The notes under the pieces were generated by a model. The model saw nothing but the letters and a program-made list of their open reading frames with translations, was not told where the DNA came from and ran no database searches. A stretch of 64,000 nt of DNA from Planctomycetota bacterium (GTDB lineage: Bacteria; Planctomycetota; GCA-002687715; CAIWVZ01): NCBI GenBank assembly GCA_044222185.1, contig JBGANV010000006.1:256001-320000 (forward strand), given 5' to 3'. How positions within the stretch are numbered: position 1 is the first letter of the stretch; every line of letters begins with the position of its first letter. Shown here in pieces: positions 39,694-49,027 of this stretch. The position numbers and the translations under genes are program-made.

Positions 39694-40228
39694 GGACCCC
39701 GTCGGGTAATCAGGTGGGGCGAAATGGGAGGCCGTTGACGCACTTAGCGGAATATGCGGCATTAGGAGGTACTACTCGTCGGGCGAGGGGCGAGGGGCGC
39801 GACGACGCGCACACGGTAAGCGCCATTCGACGTGTCACAAGTCCTCGCGGCATTCGTCGTTGACTCGGATCGTCACGTCGGATGGTCACGTCACGGCGCT
39901 GCTGAGGCGCGCTCGCAGGCGTGTGCCGTCGGTGACGCGCCGCCTTGCTGACGGATGCAGTCAGGGAGTCACGAGGCGACGAGTAATGCGGTAAGGCTTT
40001 CCGATGGCCCGGAACAATGTGACCGGCCATTGAAAGGTGCCGATGCGGCAAGGTTGGAAGCCGCGATGCGGCTGATTCCGAATTTGGCGGATATGCCACG
40101 TGGGCTGGCGATCCGATATCCGCGATCGACCCCCGCGCGCTCAGTCCATCCCAAACGGACACAACCGCCGGATCGACGCGAGGGGACGCATCGTGCGCGC
40201 TGCCGCGCACGATGCGTGTCGGCGCACC

Positions 40229-42403
40229 TCAGGAGTTGTGCGCCTTGTCGAGGTCGATGACGGCGTCGGTCCACGCCTCGTAGGCGCGATCGCACGTGAC
40301 CATCACCACCTGGTGTTCCGGAAGCGCCTTGAGCACGTCGCGCGTCACGCGAACGCGGTCGGCATCGAAGTTGACGAACGGGTCGTCGAGGAAGATGGGG
40401 AGGCGCACCTTGCTGCTCAGGTGGCGCACGACCGTCATTCTCATCGCGAAGTACAACTGATCATGGGCGCCCTGCGAGAGATCTTCCGGCCGAATCCCCA
40501 CGCGATCTCCGCTGGCGACGAGCGGCTCGAGTGACGGCCCGAGCTGGACGCGCGTGTACCGATCGCCCGTGATCCGGGCGAAGATCTGGGACATCTCCTC
40601 GGAAAGCCTGAAGACGTCATTCTCCTGAAAATCCTTGATGCAGGCATCGAGGGTGTCGATGGCCTCCTTCAGGGCGTCTTTTTCGACTTCGAGATCCTTG
40701 ATCCGGGTCTGCTTCTGGGCGATCGCGTCCGACAGTCCGGCCAGGTCGAAGTCGAGCCGCGCCGACAGGCTCGCGTGTTCGACGCGCGCCTTCTCGAGCC
40801 GCTCGCGCTCCGCATCGCGCTCCTTTTCCCGCGCGGCCAGGTCGGAACGGACACGAGCAACCTCGCGACCGAGTTTCACGGGGTCCGACTGGCCGGCCAG
40901 CCAGGTCTCCGTCGCCACGACTTCGCCGATGGCGGCCTCGATCCTCCCGTGATCGCGTTGGACGTCCTGCCACTGCGTGTTCACGACGTCGCTGTCGCCG
41001 ATGGTGCGGAGCGCGGCGAGGTGTCGACGGCGCTCATCGAGGAGCGCGGAGTAGTCGCGATACTGGGCGAGGACGGCTTCCGCATCCGCCCCGACGAGCA
41101 ACTGCCCCGTCTCCTTCGCCACGTCGTCCAAACGCTTCTCGCGAGTGCGAACCGAGTTCTCCAACTCGCCGACACGCCGGCCGAGCTCCTCGCGCTGAGC
41201 CTTGTAGCCCGTGCCGAGGTTGCGCCCGACCATCATGCCGATGGCGCCCATGAGGACGGCGCTGATGATCCCGGGCACGGGGCCCAACGGTGTGACGAAC
41301 CCCGCGATCAACGGGACGGCGAACAGGATCGCGCCGAGGACCGCGCCGAGTTTCTTGTTGGGAGAGGGCTGCAGCGACTCGAGGCGGCTCCGCTCGGCAG
41401 CCAGGGCCTCCGTCTCGCGGGATTTCTCCGTCGACTCGGAGACCCACGTCCCGACGAGATCGGGGAAGTTGGGCGAGACGTTGCGAAACTGCACGAACTC
41501 GCGGCGAGCGCGATCCTCGAGCGCTTTCACCTTTTCATGCGTCTGGAGGAACGTGTCGCGGCGGCGGCGGGTTTCATCGAGCCGGCGTTCGACATCCTGC
41601 CGGCGATTGAGAAGTTCGCAGTAGCGCTCCAGCGTCGTCGCCGTCGATTGCAGGGCCGAAATGGCGACACCGTGGGCCGTCCGGCGGGTCTCCAGCGTCA
41701 CGATCTCGGCTTCGAGTTCAGCGCAGCGGTCGAGCTGGCCGCGTCCCCGCTCCAGTTCCTTCTGCGCAGTCGCGAACTCCTCGCGAGCCTGGTCGAGAGC
41801 CCGCTTCTTGCCCTTGCCCTTGGTCTTCCACGGGTTCTCGTGGGTGAGCTCGGCGTAACGGCTGTGAAGTTCGTGGAGCGCGCCCTTGTAGTCGACGGTG
41901 CCGGAGCCTGAGACGAGGCGGCGGATCTGATCCGACACCTCGGTCTTCAGACTCATCTGGCCCACGAAGACCGTGTTCCGGAACAGGGACTCGTCTTCGA
42001 TGCCGACCAGGCGCCCGATGGTCTCGTAATAGTTGCGGTCACTCGCGCCCGCTCCGCGCGGATCGGCGGAACCGTCGAAGAGCGCGACCTCCTCGCCGTC
42101 TGTGACCTGCGTGATCTTGGCGGTCCCCGCGTGGAAGTCGCGCCAGATGATGACGCGGCGCCCGTCGTCGAGAACGAATTCGACCTCGCCGGAATAGGAG
42201 TCGTGTTCGGACCACGGCTCGTACTTGCGCACGAGATTGAGGTCGCGGAATCCGAAGAGGACGCCGGAGATCGCGTTCAGCAGCGTGGATTTGCCCGCTT
42301 CGTTGCGGCCAACCACCAGGTTGAGGCGATCGGGCGCGAACGTGACGTTGAGGCCGTGGTTGAACTGGCCGAACCCGAACAGGCGGACGCGGAGCAGCTT
42401 CAT
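40229..42403 (-). CDS. Rad50/SbcC-like (YhaN-type) SMC-family ATPase with an internal transmembrane hairpin
   Basis: GFGQF, GRNEAGKST (Walker A), long coiled coil, two hydrophobic helices, LSQGAHDQLYFAMR, LPIFLDDPFVNFD, VTCD. Confidence 0.9.
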   Translation of the reverse strand: MKLLRVRLFGFGQFNHGLNVTFAPDRLNLVVGRNEAGKSTLLNAISGVLFGFRDLNLVRKYEPWSEHDSYSGEVEFVLDDGRRVIIWRDFHAGTAKITQVTDGEEVALFDGSADPRGAGASDRNYYETIGRLVGIEDESLFRNTVFVGQMSLKTEVSDQIRRLVSGSGTVDYKGALHELHSRYAELTHENPWKTKGKGKKRALDQAREEFATAQKELERGRGQLDRCAELEAEIVTLETRRTAHGVAISALQSTATTLERYCELLNRRQDVERRLDETRRRRDTFLQTHEKVKALEDRARREFVQFRNVSPNFPDLVGTWVSESTEKSRETEALAAERSRLESLQPSPNKKLGAVLGAILFAVPLIAGFVTPLGPVPGIISAVLMGAIGMMVGRNLGTGYKAQREELGRRVGELENSVRTREKRLDDVAKETGQLLVGADAEAVLAQYRDYSALLDERRRHLAALRTIGDSDVVNTQWQDVQRDHGRIEAAIGEVVATETWLAGQSDPVKLGREVARVRSDLAAREKERDAERERLEKARVEHASLSARLDFDLAGLSDAIAQKQTRIKDLEVEKDALKEAIDTLDACIKDFQENDVFRLSEEMSQIFARITGDRYTRVQLGPSLEPLVASGDRVGIRPEDLSQGAHDQLYFAMRMTVVRHLSSKVRLPIFLDDPFVNFDADRVRVTRDVLKALPEHQVVMVTCDRAYEAWTDAVIDLDKAHNS

Positions 42404-42405
42404 GA

Positions 42406-43731
42406 TCAGGCCTCCTGTTCGCGGGGGGTCTTCAAGATGATCGAGACGTCGCCACGAGCCGGCTTCAGCGGCAGGTTCCCGTTGCTGCCGATGTGCACGG
42501 ACGGATCCTGCCGGACGGCCGCGGGCTTCGCCGTTGCGGGTTGGATTTCCACGGAGGGCGTGTCCTCCTCGAGGAACTGTTCCAGGCCAACCGTCAACGC
42601 GCGTTCGAGCACGGCGAGTTGGCGACGCGCCGTCGCATCCTGCGGATCGGCCTCCAGGCGCGCGTGCAGTGCGTCGAGTTTCGTACGCATGCGTCGCACG
42701 AAGAAGCCGCGAATGGTGTTCTCGCTTCCCAGGCGGCGAAGCAGGGCGCTGTTGTCGAAGGAGGATTGATCCTCCACGGTCACATACCCGAAGCGCGAAT
42801 CGATCCCCGCCAGCACGGCATCGCGATCGAAGAGGAACTCGCGCGTGCCCTGAAGCGTGAAGCGTGCGATCAGCGAGGCCTCGGCCCGCGCGAGCAGCGC
42901 CGCGCGGAGCGCGTCCACGTCGCGGATGTGCTCGGCATCGAGGTCGATGCGCGCGTCGAGGATCGTGCGGCGGTTGAGTGGAATGCACTCGACCATGGTG
43001 CCGCCGGTGTCCAGCGTGACGACCACGAGGGACTTGCGCCCGACGTCTCCGGCCGCGAAGCCCTGGCCTTCGAGCGCGCCGCAGTAGGCCGCGACGCCGT
43101 TCTCGAGCCGATACTCGGTGAATTCATGCGCGTGCCCGAGCGCCGTGTAATCCATGCGGCTCCGCTCGAGAGCTTCGACGGGAATGATCCACGGCGAGCT
43201 GCGCGTGCGCGCCTCCGGGTGGTCGGGAACCGCACCGTGCAGGATGCCGACGTGGAATCCGTCCGCTTCGACGCGTTCGAACCCGGCGAAGCGATCGCCC
43301 GTTCGACCGGGGACGTGCGCAACCCCGTAGAACCAGACGCGCTCGCCGTGGATGTCGCGCTCGAACGGGACACCGGGCTCGGACGCCGTGATGACGTCGA
43401 CGCCTGGGAACCGCTCGGTGCGATACACCGAGTCGTGGTAACCCAACGCATCATGGAAGCCGGGCAGGACGACGACCGTCTTGCCGTTCGCGACGAGGCG
43501 CGCGAGGAGTCCGCGAGTGAAGGCCAGTGACTCGCCGTCGGGGCGGCGCGAGTCGAACAGATCACCCGCGACGACGACCGCGTCGATGGCGTTCTTTCCA
43601 TCGATCGCGAACTCGATGGCGTCGCGGAACGTGGCGTGGGCTTCATCGCGACGCGCCGCGGCACGGTCGCCGAGGTAGGCGTGCGACGAACCGAGATGAC
43701 AATCGGAAAGGTGAAGCAGACGCACGGGCAT
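42406..43731 (-). CDS. Mre11/SbcD-like (YhaO-type) metallophosphoesterase DNA nuclease
   Basis: LHLSDCHLG, AGDLFD, LPGFHD (canonical GNHD), GILHG, DYTALGHAH, YCGALEG; 2 nt from the ATPase start. Confidence 0.9.
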   Translation of the reverse strand: MPVRLLHLSDCHLGSSHAYLGDRAAARRDEAHATFRDAIEFAIDGKNAIDAVVVAGDLFDSRRPDGESLAFTRGLLARLVANGKTVVVLPGFHDALGYHDSVYRTERFPGVDVITASEPGVPFERDIHGERVWFYGVAHVPGRTGDRFAGFERVEADGFHVGILHGAVPDHPEARTRSSPWIIPVEALERSRMDYTALGHAHEFTEYRLENGVAAYCGALEGQGFAAGDVGRKSLVVVTLDTGGTMVECIPLNRRTILDARIDLDAEHIRDVDALRAALLARAEASLIARFTLQGTREFLFDRDAVLAGIDSRFGYVTVEDQSSFDNSALLRRLGSENTIRGFFVRRMRTKLDALHARLEADPQDATARRQLAVLERALTVGLEQFLEEDTPSVEIQPATAKPAAVRQDPSVHIGSNGNLPLKPARGDVSIILKTPREQEA

Positions 43732-43960
43732 GGGAGGTGAACTCCGAAACGGAAGTTGGGCCGCGCGTGCCGGTCAGGCCGATGTGCCGAGAGGATTCCG
43801 GGGCGCGCAGGCCGGAAAACACGGGGAAGCTTAGGGGGCGCGCCGGTGGGCGTCAATGGCGAAGATGTTGACGGACCACAGCCGGTCGCGTGTCGACCGG
43901 TCGACAGCGGCGATCTGTTGAGGTCTGTTTTTGCGTGGAGAGGTCGGCGATCGTTCCCGG

Positions 43961-45361
43961 TCAGAGGCTCGTGATGACCTGGTTGATGCGGAGCGTGTTG
44001 AAGTCGCGCTTGCGGATCGCCGCCTGCTCGTCACGGCCGATCAACAGCACGTCCGCGGTCGCGTGCTCCTGAGCGCGGCGCGGCCCGAGGGCCACGACGG
44101 CTTGCAAGTGATCTGCAAGGAGCCTGAGGACGCGATCGCTCTTGTCGTCCTGGGTCAGCGCTTGGATCAACGCCAGCGTGCCGCCCATGGAGAGGCTGGA
44201 TATGGACCCGATGACCAGCCGCCCGGTTGCCGAGACCTCCAGGAGGATCCGGAGTCCATCGCTGCCCGCGAACGGGTCCACCGCGACCACGTCCGCGCCC
44301 TGCTGGAGGGACGAGCGGATGGATGCACCCAGGTCGGCGGCACCAGCCGTGATGGGCCGGCGCATGACGAATCCGCGGGTGTTCTCGAAGGTGTGAAGCC
44401 GCTCGTCGGAGTGAAGCGCCACGCACTTGTCCCGCATGGTCGCGTGATGTTCCGCGAGCGCGGCGACGAGGCTCGATTTGCCCGATCCGAGCGGACCCGC
44501 GACCAGGATGAGGCCCTCCGTGAGCTGGGCCAGCGACGCCTGTGCGTTCCCCATCCCGAAAGAGTCGAGCTTGGGGAGGTCCGTGCGAGCGGGAGTCATG
44601 ATCACCGTCGGGCTGCCGTCCTCGTCGATGATCGCGACGGAGAACGCACCCACGTCCGGCGCGTTGTAGACCGCGGTGACTTCCTTGCGCTCACGCAGCG
44701 CGAGCGTCTCTGCCTCCGAGAGAAGCGCCATGATGAACCCGTCGACTTCGTTGCGCTCGACGACGGCGTCCTTGAGCGTGACGAATCCGTCGGCCGTCTT
44801 GATTCGTGGCTGTCGCCCGTGTCGCACGAATACGGCGGAGCCCTTGAGCTCGAACAACGTCACCAGGATCTGGTCGAACGCGTGACGCGTGTACCGATCA
44901 CGCGCGGGCTCGGCCTTGCCGGCGACGGCGGTGAAGATCGAGCTGAGCTTTCGGCGGAGCGTGAGGTCCAGGCGCTCTTCGACGCCGGCCGTGATCTCCG
45001 TCTGCGTCGCGGCGTCGTCCTGGTCCGGCTTCTCCTGGCCCACCTCGTCCAGGTTGCGGGCGACTTCGAGCAGGAGGTAGTCCGTCGGCGCCGTGATGTT
45101 CTTCTCTTCGATGCGTCGATCGAAGTCGATGACGAACGACCCGCGTCGCCAGGTGAAGATGTTGAAGACGGCTTTCTCGCCCGCGTTCATCCGGCCGTCG
45201 AGGGCGTGCACGATCTGACCGCCGGCGAAGTACAGGTATCCCGTGTCGGGGCCGTTCTCGACGGTGACGTGCGCTGTCTTGCGCCCCGACATCAGCGACT
45301 GCGTGATGTCGAAGATGCTGAACGCACGAAGATCGCCTTCGACCTTGTTGCCGGCTTTCAT
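43961..45361 (-). CDS. PATAN/DUF4388 domain fused to a degenerate PilT/PilU-like ATPase
   Basis: N-terminal GDLRAFSIFDITQSL...G.LYF.GGQIVHA...GEKAVF.IF.W..GSF...LLLEVARNLDE; C-terminal PilT fold with GPLGSGKSS but altered Asp box, Walker B and His box. Confidence 0.85.
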   Translation of the reverse strand: MKAGNKVEGDLRAFSIFDITQSLMSGRKTAHVTVENGPDTGYLYFAGGQIVHALDGRMNAGEKAVFNIFTWRRGSFVIDFDRRIEEKNITAPTDYLLLEVARNLDEVGQEKPDQDDAATQTEITAGVEERLDLTLRRKLSSIFTAVAGKAEPARDRYTRHAFDQILVTLFELKGSAVFVRHGRQPRIKTADGFVTLKDAVVERNEVDGFIMALLSEAETLALRERKEVTAVYNAPDVGAFSVAIIDEDGSPTVIMTPARTDLPKLDSFGMGNAQASLAQLTEGLILVAGPLGSGKSSLVAALAEHHATMRDKCVALHSDERLHTFENTRGFVMRRPITAGAADLGASIRSSLQQGADVVAVDPFAGSDGLRILLEVSATGRLVIGSISSLSMGGTLALIQALTQDDKSDRVLRLLADHLQAVVALGPRRAQEHATADVLLIGRDEQAAIRKRDFNTLRINQVITSL

Positions 45362-45385
45362 GGCGTGGGTGCGATGACGCGCACG

Positions 45386-46456
45386 TCAGACGCGCGCCAT
45401 TTCTGGTGAGTTGCGGTTTCCGTGCGGGGTGACGGTGAAGTGCGGTCCCGCTTCCTGCATGTCGACGACGCCCTGCGACGTGAGATCGGCGAGGTACTGA
45501 TCGAGGCTGATCATGCCGTCCTTGCGGCCGATCTGGATCGCGGAGGCGATCTGGAACGTTTTGCCTTCGCGGATCATGTTCGAGATGGCCGGCGTGACTC
45601 GCAGGATCTCGAAGGCCGCGGCGCGACCCTTGCCCGTCTTGCGTCGCAGGAGTCGCTGGGCGATGACGCCGCGAAGACTCTCGGACAGCATGACGCGGAT
45701 CTGTTGCTGCTGATCGGCTGGGAAGACGTCGATCACGCGATCGACGGTGCTCGCAGCGGTGTTCGTGTGGAGCGTGCCGAAGACGAGGTGTCCCGTCTCG
45801 GCGGCGGTGATCGCGAGGCGGATCGTCTCCAGATCCCGCATTTCGCCCACGAGGATGATGTCCGGATCCTCGCGGAGGGCCGACTTCAACGCGTTCTGGA
45901 ACGACAGCGTCGTCCCGCCGACTTCGCGCTGATTCACCAGCGAGAGCTTGTTCTTGTGCACGAACTCGATGGGGTCCTCGATCGTGAGGATGTGCAGTTT
46001 CTGCGTCGAGTTGATGTGATCGATCATCGCCGCGAGCGTGGTCGATTTGCCCGATCCCGTCGCGCCCGTCACGACGACGAGGCCGCGGGGGAGATCGCAG
46101 AACTTCATGATCTGCGGGGGAAGACCCAGCTGGTCGGCCGTGAGGATCTCGGCGGGGATCAGACGGAACACGGCTGCGATGCCGTTGCGCTGCTCGAAGA
46201 TGTTGCAGCGCAGGCGCGTCACGCCGGGGATCTCGTGGGCGAAGTCGATCTCCTTGTTCTTCTCGAAGAAGGCGACCTGCGCCGGTGACATCAGCTCGTA
46301 GAGGAGCTTGCGGTTGATCTCGGGGGTGAGCTCGGCCTGCTCGACAGGATGCATCTCATTCGAGATGCGGAGCATTGGCGGAGCGCCCGACGCCATGTGA
46401 AGGTCGCTGGCGCCCTGCTGCTTGATGATCTTGAAGATCTCGTCGATGGACGCCAT
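45386..46456 (-). CDS. pilT: Type IV pilus retraction ATPase PilT
   Basis: ASDLH, GLVVVTGATGSGKSTTLAAMID, TIEDPIEFVH, QREVG, ALREDPDIILVGEMRD, AETGHLVFGTLHT, AISNMIRE. Confidence 0.95.
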   Translation of the reverse strand: MASIDEIFKIIKQQGASDLHMASGAPPMLRISNEMHPVEQAELTPEINRKLLYELMSPAQVAFFEKNKEIDFAHEIPGVTRLRCNIFEQRNGIAAVFRLIPAEILTADQLGLPPQIMKFCDLPRGLVVVTGATGSGKSTTLAAMIDHINSTQKLHILTIEDPIEFVHKNKLSLVNQREVGGTTLSFQNALKSALREDPDIILVGEMRDLETIRLAITAAETGHLVFGTLHTNTAASTVDRVIDVFPADQQQQIRVMLSESLRGVIAQRLLRRKTGKGRAAAFEILRVTPAISNMIREGKTFQIASAIQIGRKDGMISLDQYLADLTSQGVVDMQEAGPHFTVTPHGNRNSPEMARV

Positions 46457-46595
46457 GCCGGTGGCACCTCCACGTGTCAGATCGATGGCTCGGCGATGCG
46501 CCGGCTCGCGGGACCCGATTTCCGACCTCAACTATCGAGATTCCGGGGCGCGGTCCTTGAGCGGGTCGCCGCGTACGGCCGACCAACGGAGGGCG

Positions 46596-46604
46596 TGGTA
46601 TGAT
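46596..46604 (+). promoter_or_regulatory. Extended -10 promoter for pilZ
   Basis: TG-G-TATGAT 26 nt before the GTG start; AGGAG RBS follows. Confidence 0.5.
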
Positions 46605-46630
46605 CCGCGCGTCCACCAGGAGCCTTTGCA

Positions 46631-47014
46631 GTGCCCGAGCAGAAGATCCCCGTCGAGATCATCGAGAAGCGCCGCTTCCTGCGGCTGAACGACTACTTCC
46701 GGGTGACCTTCCGCTCCCTCGATCGACAGGTTTCGGTCACCGGACCGGCCCCCGAGGGCGTGGGCTGGTCGAAGAACCTCTCCCTCGGCGGAATCTGCTT
46801 CGTCGCTGACGGCCCGGCCCACCCGGGCGAGCAACTCCTCGCGCACGTCGAGATCCCCGAGATCGAGGGCGGCCTGCCCGTGATCGGCGAGGTGATCCGC
46901 TGCATCGAGATCAAGCCCGGTCGGTTCGAGCTGGCGATCCGCTTCCTCCCGACCGGCACGGACGAACGCTCCCGCGATCAGCTCGAGCTGTTCATCTACA
47001 AGCACTTCCTCTGA
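46631..47014 (+). CDS. Single-domain PilZ protein (c-di-GMP receptor-like)
   Basis: EKRRFLR (RxxxR) and NLSLGG (D/NxSxxG) motifs; GEVIRC...LAIRF. Confidence 0.9.
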   Translation: MPEQKIPVEIIEKRRFLRLNDYFRVTFRSLDRQVSVTGPAPEGVGWSKNLSLGGICFVADGPAHPGEQLLAHVEIPEIEGGLPVIGEVIRCIEIKPGRFELAIRFLPTGTDERSRDQLELFIYKHFL

Positions 47015-47029
47015 GCTGCTCGATTTCGC

Positions 47030-47078
47030 GGAGCGCCAGGCTCCGCCTGGCCGGACGGCAGGGCTCCGCCCTGCCATC
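47030..47078. repeat. Two tandem REP-like hairpins
   Basis: GGAGC-GCCAGGC-TCC-GCCTGGC followed by GGCAGGGC-TCC-GCCCTGCC; both have the same GC-TCC-GC apex. Confidence 0.55.
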
Positions 47079-47138
47079 GCGTCCGACTCCCGCCCGGTCG
47101 ACCGCCGCAATCCCACCCCGCTGACCTCCGCGCTCGAG

Positions 47139-47573
47139 GTGCTCTGGCGCCACCTCCTCGGCGGCGTCGCGATGCCGCCCGACGAGCTCGACGATTGGAT
47201 CCGTGCGTGCGAAGCCGCGATCCCGGTAGACGACGGTGGCCTGGAGATCGACGGCTCGGACGCGGGCGCAGCCGTGACGTACGCGTGTCGATGCCTGAGG
47301 TCCGGCGAAAGTCAGGATGCCGCATGGGCGGCGCGCCGCGCCTACGAGGCCCTGGACACCTACCTTCTCGCCCAACACGGGCATCGGGCCGGAACGGCGA
47401 TCGACGAAGTCCAGCTCCTCCGCCATCCGCTCATTCAGGCCGAGCTCACGCGTCAGCGACGTGACGTCGATGAGCTCGCCGCGGCGTCCGCTCACGATCG
47501 GCTGCAAGTGATCCGACGCCTGCGCGACCGCGCGCACGATGAGGCGCGTGCGTTCTTCGACGGGAGGCCGTAG
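47139..47573 (+). pseudogene. Probably 5'-truncated DUF416-like/immunity-type helical protein
   Basis: (PLTSALEV)LWRHL...AAVTYACRC..SGESQDAAWAARRAYEALD...HPLIQAEL.RQ.RD. The expected N-terminus is replaced by the hairpin region and no good start is seen. Confidence 0.5.
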
Positions 47574-47637
47574 CCGGTGTCGTCTCCGCGTGAGTGGCGC
47601 TCGCGTCCAACCGGTGTTTCGGTGAGGTTCGCTCCGT

Positions 47638-48030
47638 TCACGCGTCCGTGAACGCGATGAAGCCGCCGTCGAACGCCTGGATCCGAGTGACGCCGTAGGG
47701 CGCCAGAGCGCGCTCGACTGCATCGGTTTGCGTGGCGCCGTAAACCTCCAGGATCGACCATGGGGGATCGCGAGAGAACTCGCCGTGATGGAGATCGAGG
47801 GTTCCGAGGATGTTCACGACCGCGGCGTCGGCGTCACCGTTCCATCGGAAAGTCGTGATCTCCGGCGGGGTCGCACCTCTGGGGTGGCCTGTGAGGATGG
47901 CATGGACCGCGCGCAGGTTCTCCGCAGAATCGCAAACCCAAACGGGGAGACGCGCCGCGAGGTCGACGAGGCGAACGCCAAACGCGGGGTCCACGACGAG
48001 CGCGACTCCGTAGCGGCCCGAAGGGATCAC
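47638..48030 (-). CDS. Conserved hypothetical protein (possible immunity protein)
   Basis: VALVVDPAFG, PVWVCDS..N, ITTF, LDLHHGE; GTGA-coupled to the SMI1/KNR4 gene. Confidence 0.7.
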   Translation of the reverse strand: MIPSGRYGVALVVDPAFGVRLVDLAARLPVWVCDSAENLRAVHAILTGHPRGATPPEITTFRWNGDADAAVVNILGTLDLHHGEFSRDPPWSILEVYGATQTDAVERALAPYGVTRIQAFDGGFIAFTDA

Positions 48031-48659
48031 GTTCGGCGGCTCATTTTGGGAACCGTCGGCTTGGGGAGATCTCGATCACCGTCGAGGTCGAGCTCGTCCT
48101 GCGGCCGCAGGCCGTCGACGAACTCGGTGAACGAGTTCGCGATGAGTTGGACGTTCCCGGCCGTCTCGATCGATCCGTCCCACGCCGACTCGCGCCACCA
48201 GGCCGGCTCGTCCTCGGTCGATTCCTCCGCCTCGTCCTCCGTCGACACCTCTACCTCGCACGCGTCGGGTTCGCACTCGTGGTCCCAGAAGTAGAGCCTC
48301 CCGCGGTGGACGCCGTCGAGGCCGAGACAGAGGAGATTGCCGAAGCAGTCATCCGCGATCGCCAACAGCCCGCGCGGGATCCGCGGGCCGTACGCACGAC
48401 GAGTCGACTGAAGATCGAAGCGCGATTCGGTGCGAACCCCGTAGACGTGGTTGATACCCACATCGGCTGCCACGCCGTCGGGCGTGGGGCCGATGAACCA
48501 GAGCACGCCGCCGAGATGACCACCGTTGCATGCGACGAGGAACCGCCGGTAGTCGTCCGGGAGCGCCGCCCCGAGTTTCAGCTCGAGCGCGCGAATCGCC
48601 TTCTCGGATGCCGGTGGTGACTTCTTGTGGATTCGGTCGAGAAACTCCTCGAGTGTCAT
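48027..48659 (-). CDS. SMI1/KNR4 (SUKH) family immunity protein
   Basis: PASEKAIRALELKLGAALPDDYRRFL...NGG, LLAIADDCFGNLLCL, G.LYFWDHE, LIANSFTEFV..L; acidic insertion. Confidence 0.9.
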   Translation of the reverse strand: MTLEEFLDRIHKKSPPASEKAIRALELKLGAALPDDYRRFLVACNGGHLGGVLWFIGPTPDGVAADVGINHVYGVRTESRFDLQSTRRAYGPRIPRGLLAIADDCFGNLLCLGLDGVHRGRLYFWDHECEPDACEVEVSTEDEAEESTEDEPAWWRESAWDGSIETAGNVQLIANSFTEFVDGLRPQDELDLDGDRDLPKPTVPKMSRRT

Positions 48660-49027
48660 GCCGTCACGTCCCCGCGGCGGGATCCTACACGCTCAATTCC
48701 CGCAGCGCCTGCCGGGATCGCGCGTCCGTTGCGCGGTCGTCCGAATCGGAGCCTCCAACGGAGGTTCCGTCGCAGGTCGGCACGAGGTCGAGGAACCGTG
48801 CGATTGCGACGCTTGGTAGCCACCTCGGTGAGGCATGAGACTTGTTGCCTTTCTCCCGTCGAGCGTGGCGCGCCCGCGCGATCCCGTCCGAGTTTGGTCA
48901 TCGGATGTGGCGCAGCGTTTTCGGGGACCCACGATCATCGGAGAGCGGATAGGCTCTCGCAGGCGAAATCCAGTGCGGGTCCGGCGCGTGGGCCGGTCGC
49001 CGGCGGCTCGTCGGCGGGGAGGTTGGA

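Noticed and set aside
42404-42988. Extension of the Rad50-like ORF to 919 aa, or an Mre11-Rad50 fusion
   Set aside because: The extension is out of frame within the nuclease gene, which has its own stop; the ATPase has a GGAGG RBS before ATG 42403.
40229-43731. Known SMC-type defence system (Wadjet, Lamassu)
   Set aside because: Partner genes are absent and the motifs (NEAGKST, DQLY, LDDPFVNFD) with an Mre11-like partner fit the YhaO/YhaN type.
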